From Chloroflexota bacterium (GTDB lineage Bacteria > Chloroflexota > Dehalococcoidia > Lucifugimonadales > UBA1127), in contig JAPONS010000108.1 in NCBI GenBank assembly GCA_026713825.1, forward strand, positions 7,585-71,584: a stretch of 64,000 nt of DNA, in the 5' to 3' direction. Positions 16,969-28,791 of this stretch are shown piece by piece. The first letter of the stretch is position 1; every line of letters starts with the position of its first letter. A program made the translations under genes and the position numbers. The notes beneath the pieces were generated by a model. The model did not search any database. It worked only from the letters and a program-made list of their open reading frames with translations, and had not been told where the DNA came from.

Positions 16969-17559
16969 TCACTTGAAGGAATCCTCGTCGCTGTCCGGTG
17001 GCGCCTGGTTGAAGCGGTTCATAGCGGCCTCGACGCCCTCCGCCACGAAGCACGCCGCCGCCTCTGCCGCACGGGCCAGCAGCCGCTCGACGGACACCTC
17101 CTCTGAGTCCGTGAACCCTCCGAGCACGTGACGTATCGGGTCGTCCACCGGCGAGCGCCCCACGCCGATCCGAAGCCGCGGGATTTCCTGCTTCCCCAGC
17201 GTGTCAATGATGGAGCGCATCCCGTTGTGCCCGCCGTGGCCGCCTTCCGCACGCAGCCGAGTCACGCCTAGCGGCAGGTCCATGTCGTCATACACAATGA
17301 GCATGTCCTCCGGTTTCACCCTGAGGCGCGCTGTCAAGTACGCTACCGGCTCCCCGCTCAGGTTCATGAACGAGCGAGGCTTTGCCAGCGCGACCTGTGC
17401 GCCGTCAACCCACCCCTGACCGAGCAGCGCATAGCGGTTCTTGCGCTCCAGCGTGATGCCCCACTGCTTGCACAGCCGGTCCACCGTCATTGCGCCGATG
17501 TTGTGCCGCGTATTTGCGTACTTGGGCGTGGGGTTGCCCAAACCCACGATGACCTTCAT
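16969..17559 (-). CDS. pth: peptidyl-tRNA hydrolase
   Basis: MKVIVGLGNPTPKYANTRHNIGAMTVD…GGHGGHNGMRSI is the canonical Pth sequence. Confidence 0.95.
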   Translation of the reverse strand: MKVIVGLGNPTPKYANTRHNIGAMTVDRLCKQWGITLERKNRYALLGQGWVDGAQVALAKPRSFMNLSGEPVAYLTARLRVKPEDMLIVYDDMDLPLGVTRLRAEGGHGGHNGMRSIIDTLGKQEIPRLRIGVGRSPVDDPIRHVLGGFTDSEEVSVERLLARAAEAAACFVAEGVEAAMNRFNQAPPDSDEDSFK

Positions 17560-17630
17560 GCCGCCGCCTGCATCGCAATTGCGTTGAGTTTCCTGCCCAT
17601 GTTTCGAGGGGTCATATCAGTCGCGCCGCC

Positions 17631-21122
<3,492 letters not shown>

Positions 21123-21189
21123 TGATTAAACCTGACTCTACCCTCCCTGGAAATAGCTGATTCATCGGGGCATATAGCGCCCCGCAACT

Positions 21190-21218
21190 TTGACACGACC
21201 CAACCACCCCGCTACGAT
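21190..21218 (+). promoter_or_regulatory. sigma70-like promoter
   Basis: TTGACA (21190-21195), 17 nt, TACGAT (21213-21218), 30 nt upstream of the ATG at 21249. Confidence 0.5.
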
Positions 21219-21248
21219 GAACTAAAGGGCCGCTAGAAAGGCACAGCC

Positions 21249-21896
21249 ATGCTGAAATGGTTCACCACCATGCTCTCGGGCGGCTATGAGGCCGAATCTA
21301 CCGCCTCGGAGGTTGACCGCGCCATGCCGGAAGACGCCAATCTTCGCACCCCCGCTGGCCAGTACTTGACCGATAAGTTCCCCGTGCTGACCTTCGGCGG
21401 CACGCCCAGGATTGACATGGCCAAGTGGCGCTTCCGTGTCTTCGGTCTGGTCGAAGAGAAGCTTGAATGGACGTGGGACGACTTCACCGCCATGCCGCCC
21501 ACGACCCTAACCGCAGACTTCCACTGCGTCACAACTTGGAGCCGTCTCGACAACACATGGGAGGGCATCTCCATCCATGAGGTCATGAAGCGCATCAAGC
21601 CGCTGCCCAACGCCGGCTATGTCATGTTCCACTGCTACGGCGGATACACGGCCAACGTCGCTCTCGACGTACTCACGGACGATGACGTTCTCTTCGCCTA
21701 CAGGCACGACGATGCGCCGCTCCCCCCCGATCACGGCGGTCCGCTGCGCCTCGTAGTGCCCAAACGCTACGCGTGGAAGAGTCCCAAATGGGTCAACGGC
21801 ATGGAGTTCATGGAGCGCGACAAGCCCGGCTTCTGGGAACAGCGCGGCTACCACATGGAGGGTGATCCGTGGAAGGAGCAGCGCTTCAGCTGGTAG
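21249..21896 (+). CDS. molybdopterin-dependent oxidoreductase (sulfite-oxidase-fold, YedY/MsrP-like catalytic domain only)
   Basis: 215 aa. …LTADFHCVTTWSRLDNTWEGISIHEVM…GGPLRLVVPKRYAWKSPKWV… is the characteristic Oxidored_molyb pattern. Confidence 0.75.
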   Translation: MLKWFTTMLSGGYEAESTASEVDRAMPEDANLRTPAGQYLTDKFPVLTFGGTPRIDMAKWRFRVFGLVEEKLEWTWDDFTAMPPTTLTADFHCVTTWSRLDNTWEGISIHEVMKRIKPLPNAGYVMFHCYGGYTANVALDVLTDDDVLFAYRHDDAPLPPDHGGPLRLVVPKRYAWKSPKWVNGMEFMERDKPGFWEQRGYHMEGDPWKEQRFSW

Positions 21897-21900
21897 CGTC

Positions 21901-22350
21901 GTGACGCTTACTCGCCCCGAACAGGATGTCCTCTGGCTCGAACGCCTTCAGCGCGACGGCCCACCCGATGTCGACCACCGCGATCTCTCCCTCGCACTGC
22001 GCCCCAGCCTCGAGCTTCTGCGCGCGCGACGCTTCTGGGAGGCCCACGAGTCGCTGGAGGACCTTTGGCGTGATGCCCCGTACCCGCTCCGCCTCTTTCA
22101 TTACGCATTGATCAAGGTGGCTGTGGGCCTGCTGCACATGGAGCGCCGAAACCCGCTGCCCGCCGGTCGACAGCTTGCTCAAGCCGCTCTCTACCTCGAA
22201 CCATTCACGCCAACCTTCGCCGGCCTCGACACCGACGCAATACTCGCGCAGGTCCAAGTCTGCCACAGTGCTCTGGCGGCAACCGCGAGTTCGTCGGTAA
22301 ACTGGGACTCACTGCCAGAATTCCGGTTCCCGGACTCTGCGCCTGATTAA
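21901..22350 (+). CDS. DUF309 domain-containing protein
   Basis: …RARRFWEAHESLEDLWRD…YALIKVAVGLLHMERRN… GTG at 21901 is chosen to avoid overlap with the preceding gene. Confidence 0.65.
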   Translation: MTLTRPEQDVLWLERLQRDGPPDVDHRDLSLALRPSLELLRARRFWEAHESLEDLWRDAPYPLRLFHYALIKVAVGLLHMERRNPLPAGRQLAQAALYLEPFTPTFAGLDTDAILAQVQVCHSALAATASSSVNWDSLPEFRFPDSAPD

Positions 22351-22365
22351 CACCACCAATAGAGA

Positions 22366-22392
22366 AGGAGGCCCCGGTGACCGGGGCCTCCT
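22366..22392. terminator. bidirectional terminator hairpin between convergent genes
   Basis: Perfect 12-bp stem aggaggccccgg/ccggggcctcct with loop tga. No clear U-tract. Confidence 0.45.
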
Positions 22393-22436
22393 AGATTCGT
22401 CCTACAGGGGGCCTTGCGGCCTATCCAGCCGAAACG

Positions 22437-22598
22437 TCAGGCAGCCTTTGCTCGCCGCATCTCTCGGGCTTTCGCAAGCAGATGAGGAGCAACGGCGCGC
22501 TCGAACCCGCACTGCAAGCAGTGGAGGGCATCGCCGGTGCCATCGTTCTGTAGCTGAATGTCACCCCTGCACTTAGGACAGGCCTTGAAGTAGATCAT
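22437..22598 (-). CDS. 53-aa zinc-ribbon protein (hypothetical)
   Basis: Below the ORF-track size cutoff. My own translation is MIYFKACPKCRGDIQLQNDGTGDALHCLQCGFERAVAPHLLAKAREMRRAKAA, with two CxxC pairs. RBS ggggaggt lies 5 nt upstream. Divergent from hspR. Confidence 0.5.
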   Translation of the reverse strand: MIYFKACPKCRGDIQLQNDGTGDALHCLQCGFERAVAPHLLAKAREMRRAKAA

Positions 22599-22745
22599 GT
22601 TGACCTCCCCTTTCCCAGAGCGTCTAGTGCTCTATGCCTTTGTTTAACGCTCTGTACATGTATAACGTTCCATCCGCCCGGAAGGATGCATGTTTTCGTA
22701 GCGATTTTGTTCTGACGCCTCTTTGCTCCCGACAGCATAATAACA

Positions 22746-22775
22746 CTTGACACGGTGCGTATCAAGCATTATGAT
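22746..22775 (+). promoter_or_regulatory. promoter overlapped by a HAIR-like (HspR-type) inverted-repeat operator
   Basis: TTGACA (22747-22752), 17 nt, TATGAT (22770-22775). The inverted repeat CTTGACA-N7-TATCAAG (22746-22766) resembles the HAIR consensus CTTGAGT-N7-ACTCAAG. Confidence 0.55.
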
Positions 22776-22796
22776 TCGAAATGCAAGGAGACGCCG

Positions 22797-23306
22797 ATGG
22801 AGCGCCGTACGCGCCGTATTCAGCTCAGCACGGAAATAGTCTTCCCGCCGGCAACATCGGGCCGCGATGTGGAGGCTCGGCAGGCATCACAACTGCCCGT
22901 GCCGGCTGGTGCGCCAGCGCAAGAGCAACCGGTGGAGACCCTCGGCGTTTACGTTATCAGCGTTACAGCGCGCATCCTGCGCATGCATCCACAGACCCTT
23001 CGCAAGTACGAGAGGCTGGGCCTCGTCCATCCGTCTCGCAGCGAGGGTATGGTGCGCTATTACTCGGACCATGATCTCAACCGATTGCGGATGATCAAGT
23101 ATCTGGTGGAGGAGCGCGGCATGAATCTTGCCGGTGTGGAGATGGCGCTGGAGATGGTAGCGCGCTTGCAGGAAATGCAGCGTGCGCTTGAGGGCCAGCG
23201 AGAGACCGGGGCAGCTGTCGCGCTCGAGAGCCATGTGCAGTCCGTCTTGGAGATGCTCCACTACGTGGAGCGCGACCAGGGCGCCAGCGGCCAAGTACAA
23301 ACCTAG
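22797..23306 (+). CDS. hspR: MerR-family heat-shock regulator (HspR-like)
   Basis: MerR HTH …YVISVTARILRMHPQTLRKYERLGLVHPSRSEGMVRYYSDHDLNRLRMIKYL… First gene of the hspR-grpE-dnaK cluster. ATG at 22797 lies 6 nt after AAGGAG. Confidence 0.7.
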   Translation: MERRTRRIQLSTEIVFPPATSGRDVEARQASQLPVPAGAPAQEQPVETLGVYVISVTARILRMHPQTLRKYERLGLVHPSRSEGMVRYYSDHDLNRLRMIKYLVEERGMNLAGVEMALEMVARLQEMQRALEGQRETGAAVALESHVQSVLEMLHYVERDQGASGQVQT

Positions 23307-23326
23307 TCACTGCCAAAGGGGGACCG

Positions 23327-23938
23327 ATGCCAGACCGCAGTTACGGCGCCCACGACGGCGAGGATCCACCTGTCGAAGGTGTTCTCCCGCCCGCGCCGGA
23401 GGCAACCGAGGAGGAGCGGCTTCAAGCGCTCCTGGATGAGGCAGACCGAGAGAAGGCGCAGTTCAGGGCCCTTGCCCAGCGGGCGCAGGCGGACCTCATG
23501 AACTATCGCAAACGCGCCGAGGAGGAGCGACAGGAGATTGTGGGCAACGCGGGAGCCCAGCTCATCCTCCGTGTCCTGCCCGTCCTTGATGACGTGGAAC
23601 GTGCTCTCGCCCACGCAGCCAATGATGCACCGCAGTCCGAAACCGGCTGGCTCGAGGGGTTCCGGCTGATCGAGCGAAAGCTCCAGGGCATTCTCGCCGC
23701 CGAGGGGCTCCAGCGTATAGAGGCCGAGGACGCCGTCTTCAATCCCTTCGAGCACGAAGTCGTCGGTCAGTTCGACGTCGTCGGCCGCCGGGAAGGCGAG
23801 GTCCTGGAAGTGACGCGTCAGGGCTACAGAATGAACGGCAAGGTGCTCCGCCCTGCGCAGGTGATCGTGCAGGCCGGCCAGGGCAACAGTGAAGACACCA
23901 AGAATCCAAATGATCCAAACCAGCACAAGGAGGCGTAA
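23327..23938 (+). CDS. grpE: nucleotide exchange factor GrpE
   Basis: …RAQADLMNYRKRAEEERQ…LPVLDDVERAL…GYRMNGKVLRPAQVIV are canonical GrpE motifs. Confidence 0.9.
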   Translation: MPDRSYGAHDGEDPPVEGVLPPAPEATEEERLQALLDEADREKAQFRALAQRAQADLMNYRKRAEEERQEIVGNAGAQLILRVLPVLDDVERALAHAANDAPQSETGWLEGFRLIERKLQGILAAEGLQRIEAEDAVFNPFEHEVVGQFDVVGRREGEVLEVTRQGYRMNGKVLRPAQVIVQAGQGNSEDTKNPNDPNQHKEA

Positions 23939-23941
23939 CAC

Positions 23942-25825
<1,884 letters not shown>

Positions 25826-25837
25826 GCCACAAGGTTT

Positions 25838-25870
25838 CTCCCCCATAGTAGGGGAGGTTTAGGATGGAGG
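25838..25870. repeat. REP-like element (ggggaggtttaggatgg family)
   Basis: ctcccccatagtaggggaggtttaggatggagg is related to 9699-9735 and 12836-12870. Another common repeat motif follows (gctgagcttgtcgaagcac, compare 9815-9850). Confidence 0.55.
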
Positions 25871-26040
25871 CCCCGTCCCCCACCCGCGCTGGGCCTGCCC
25901 CGGCCGTTCGTGCTGAGCTTGTCGAAGCACAAGGCCTGTTCACCCTGAGGGAAATCGAAGGGCGAACGGGCTACTTGGCATGTTGCCGTCTGGGCAGGAA
26001 CGCAGAGGACGGAGTAGCCGCAAAACCCGAGAAATCGCCT

Positions 26041-27467
26041 GGATAGCTGCTTGCCCATACTGCGAGGAGCCTTTATCCTACATCATAGAATGAATGTGCT
26101 ATCCGTAGAGCGTGAATGAAGCAGCAGAAGGCCCAGATCATCCAATTGCAGCCGACCGAGGAGCAGCGCGTCTACTTTGCCCGCGCCTCCGGTATTGCCC
26201 GCCTTGCCTTCAACTGGGCACTGGACTGGTGGAACGAGCAATACAAACTCCACAAGGAGGAGGGAGCGCCCAGGCCAAACCGAGTCAACACCTGGAAAGC
26301 CTGGTGCGCCCACAAGCAGGCTTGTAAAGATGAGCGTCCCTGGCTGTACGAGGTCTCGTCGGATGTGCCCAAGTGGGTGATCTATGAGTCGCTGCCCAGA
26401 GCGTTCGCCAACTGGTGGAATCCCAAGACCCGGCAAGGACCGCCCAATTTCAAGAGCAAGCGCACCGCCCGCCGGGTTTTTGTGGGACAGGACTCCTGCA
26501 AGCCCGCCAACTTCCGCCATCGCGGCATCCGGCTGGCGAAGTTGGGGTGGGTGCGCTGCCGCTCCCAACTGCGCTGGCCGGCGAGCCAGGTCAGGCGCGT
26601 CACCGTCTTTGAGCAAGCCGGCAAGTGGTATGCCTCCATCCTGTTTGAGGACCCGGACTACACCCCGCCCGTCCACGAGAACCAAGCGGGCGCGGTGGGC
26701 GTGGACCTGGGTTCCCGCAAGCTGGCCGTGGCGTACGACGGGGAATCCTTCCAGCAGTGGGAGAACCCCAAGGCCCTGGATGGCGCGCTGCGCCGGTTGC
26801 GCCGCTGGCAGCGGAGGGCCGCCCGCCGCGGGGTGCGCGACAGCAAGCGGCGGGTGCTGGAGGTCACCCGCCGCCTTCGGAAGGCCAACAGCCGCATCGC
26901 CCGGCTCCACAAGCGGGTGGCGGACATCCGCCGTTGGCACGGGCACAACGTCTCCAACGCCTTGACGCGGGACTACGCCGTCGTCGGGACGGAGGACCTC
27001 AATGTCAAGGGCATGATGCGTTCGGCTAAGGGAACGGTGGAGAATCCAGGCAAAAACGTCAAGGCAAAGTCGGGTTTGAATAGAAGTGTGGCCGACGCCG
27101 GCATGGGGGAGTTGCTGCGCCAGATTGACTACAAGGCGCACTGGCGCGGCGGGGAGCGCCGCCAGGTGGGGCGCTTCTTCCCCTCCTCCAGGACGTGCAG
27201 CGACTGCGGGTACAAGCACGACGGGCTGCAGGCCCGCGAGCATTGGGCTTGCCCCTTCTGCGGCGTCGTCCACGACCGGGACGAGAACGCCGCCGTTAAC
27301 ATCTACAGAGAAACGGTAGGGGGAAGCACTCCCGAACCGGCGGACTTCGGGCCGCGAACGCCCGTGGAGTCCATGGCCTCTGCTCAAGGTCAGCTACGGC
27401 TGCTCGAGTAAGCTGGGACAGTGAAGCGGGAACCATAACCGCGCGTTAGGGCGCCTTTCGCGTTAGG
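26041..27467 (+). mobile_element. putative tnpB-only IS200/IS605-family (IS1341-like) element; ends not determinable
   Basis: Contains only a TnpB ORF, with no tnpA. The 3' tail (…gacagtgaagcgggaacc…) resembles the region where omega/reRNA scaffolds lie in such elements. The inverted pair ggatagc (26041) / gctatcc (26098) upstream could belong to a left-end structure. The boundaries given are guesses. Confidence 0.3.
26116..27411 (+). CDS. tnpB: TnpB-family RNA-guided RuvC endonuclease (OrfB_IS605 / IS200-IS605 accessory protein type)
   Basis: 431 aa. N-terminal IQLQPTEEQRVYFARASGIARLAFNWALDWW (OrfB N-terminal HTH-like). RuvC-I GVDLGSRKLAV, RuvC-II VVGTEDLNVKGM, Zn finger CSDCGYKHD…WACPFCG, RuvC-III HDRDENAAVNI. 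All catalytic acidic residues appear present. Confidence 0.9.
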   Translation: MKQQKAQIIQLQPTEEQRVYFARASGIARLAFNWALDWWNEQYKLHKEEGAPRPNRVNTWKAWCAHKQACKDERPWLYEVSSDVPKWVIYESLPRAFANWWNPKTRQGPPNFKSKRTARRVFVGQDSCKPANFRHRGIRLAKLGWVRCRSQLRWPASQVRRVTVFEQAGKWYASILFEDPDYTPPVHENQAGAVGVDLGSRKLAVAYDGESFQQWENPKALDGALRRLRRWQRRAARRGVRDSKRRVLEVTRRLRKANSRIARLHKRVADIRRWHGHNVSNALTRDYAVVGTEDLNVKGMMRSAKGTVENPGKNVKAKSGLNRSVADAGMGELLRQIDYKAHWRGGERRQVGRFFPSSRTCSDCGYKHDGLQAREHWACPFCGVVHDRDENAAVNIYRETVGGSTPEPADFGPRTPVESMASAQGQLRLLE

Positions 27468-27912
27468 GGTGTCCCCGTACGCGCGGGGGTGCTTGGAGCA
27501 GCCTCCATCCACTCCAATTCCTTCATCTGGTGTCCCCGTACGCGCGGGGGTGCTTGGGAGTACATGTGGCGGCATATGCGGATGCTGACGGTGTCCCCGT
27601 ACGCGCGGGGGTGCTTGGACCCGCACCCCCTTCCCCCAGAACATCAAGACGGTGTCCCCGTACGCGCGGGGGTGCTTGGTAGTAGCAGGTCAGGTCGCGG
27701 TAGTCGGACGAGGTGTCCCCGTACGCGCGGGGGTGCTTGACGACCTACACGGAGAAGGCAGGGCGCCGCGCCGGTGTCCCCGTACGCGCGGGGGTGCTTG
27801 GGGAGAGAGGCATGACCACACAGGAGCAGACCCGGTCGCGGGGGTGCTTGTCTTCCGCGCTTGGCGCCCGTCAGTGGCAAAGCGGTGTCCCCGTACGCGC
27901 GGGGGTGCTTGG
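27468..27912 (+). CRISPR. CRISPR array, 8 repeats / 7 spacers, type I-E-like repeat geometry
   Basis: Repeat GGTGTCCCCGTACGCGCGGGGGTGCTTGG (29 nt) starts at 27468, 27529, 27590, 27651, 27712, 27773, 27834 and 27884. The period is exactly 61 nt and spacers are 32 nt. Repeat 7 carries an 11-nt internal deletion (GGT^CGCGGGGGTGCTTG). Repeat 5 ends in A and repeat 7 in T. The fold is stem CCCCGT/GCGGGG, tetraloop ACGC and an 8-nt 3' tail, the same architecture as the E. coli I-E repeat. All spacers are unique. Confidence 0.92.
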
Positions 27913-27973
27913 TGTTCAGGGGCAATAGAGGTGGGGTCCTGTACAGTAGGTCTTATACGTTGGAGGTAACAGA

Positions 27974-28306
27974 ATGGCCGGGCCAACAAAGCAAAGAGCC
28001 ATAGAGCTACTGCAAATATCTCTTGACGCCATACCAGGATTGAAAGACGTAAAGCACAATACGCCTGAAGTTGATCCATGGCGTAGGAACACCCGTGTCA
28101 CTATTCAGAACGTGTTTGAAGGATCCCAATCTCATGTTCGGGAGTTTACAAGAATCTGGCTAGGGGAAAATTACTCCGAAAGCGACTCCTTTTACCAGGA
28201 TCGGCACATAAAGAGACTGGAAGCATCAGCTTCCATACTCCAATCAATGATCAGTGAAATTGAAAACTTCTGGCCGGAAGACATTCAAGAAACCAACTCT
28301 CAGTAA
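27974..28306 (+). CDS. hypothetical 110-aa protein (helical, no recognisable family)
   Basis: RBS ggaggt 7 nt upstream. AT-richer codon usage than the flanks. Ends 24 nt before the TIR-like gene, so probably co-transcribed. Confidence 0.55.
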   Translation: MAGPTKQRAIELLQISLDAIPGLKDVKHNTPEVDPWRRNTRVTIQNVFEGSQSHVREFTRIWLGENYSESDSFYQDRHIKRLEASASILQSMISEIENFWPEDIQETNSQ

Positions 28307-28330
28307 GTCGCCAAGACAACTGAACTCTCC

Positions 28331-28774
28331 ATGGGACGGAAAGTCTTCCTCATTCACGGCCGCAATCACGGTACCAGAGACACCGTGGCGCGGTTCTTGG
28401 AGAAGCTGCAAATAAAGGTAGTCATTATGATGGAGCAGCCCAACCAGGGTCGGACTTTGATTGAAAAGCTTGAAGGCAATGCCGACACCGACTTCGCCAT
28501 AGCGCTCTTGACGCCCGACGACGAAGGGGGGCTGAAAGGCGGGGTGCAGAAGGCTCGCAGCAGGCAAAACGTAATACTTGAGTTGGGCTACTTCATGGGG
28601 CGATTAGGGAGAAACAGAGTGTGTGCCTTGGTCCAAGGTGACGTTGAGATACCAACAGATTACTACGGTGTCGTATACATAGACTTTGACGACTCAAACG
28701 CTTGGCAACAACAGCTCATAGGAGAACTCAAGGCTGCACGGTTCAGCATCGACGCCAACCGTGCCTTCACATAG
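28331..28774 (+). CDS. stand-alone TIR-like nucleotide-binding domain protein (COG4271 / CAP12-PycTIR-type TIR-like family)
   Basis: 147 aa. KVFLIHGRNHGTRDTVARFLEKL…EQPNQGRTLIEKLE…DFAIALLTPDD…SRQNVILELGYFMGRLGRNRVCAL…PTDYYGVVYIDFD follows the family pattern known from CBASS/Pycsar-type effectors, including the ELGYF Glu. Confidence 0.75.
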   Translation: MGRKVFLIHGRNHGTRDTVARFLEKLQIKVVIMMEQPNQGRTLIEKLEGNADTDFAIALLTPDDEGGLKGGVQKARSRQNVILELGYFMGRLGRNRVCALVQGDVEIPTDYYGVVYIDFDDSNAWQQQLIGELKAARFSIDANRAFT

Positions 28775-28791
28775 GACAAGGCTAAGCCCCC

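Noticed and set aside
22797-23306. Interpreting the MerR-family gene as a metal-resistance regulator
   Set aside because: It has no C-terminal metal-binding Cys motif. Its operon context with grpE-dnaK and the HAIR-like operator fit an HspR-type heat-shock repressor instead.
27440-27467. Possible anti-repeat or tracrRNA-like segment between tnpB and the array (ccgcgcgt complementary to acgcgcgg of the repeat; direct duplication of cgcgttagg)
   Set aside because: The complementarity is only 8 nt and lies in a self-complementary CG-rich motif, too short to claim a tracrRNA. It is kept as something to test under the main finding.
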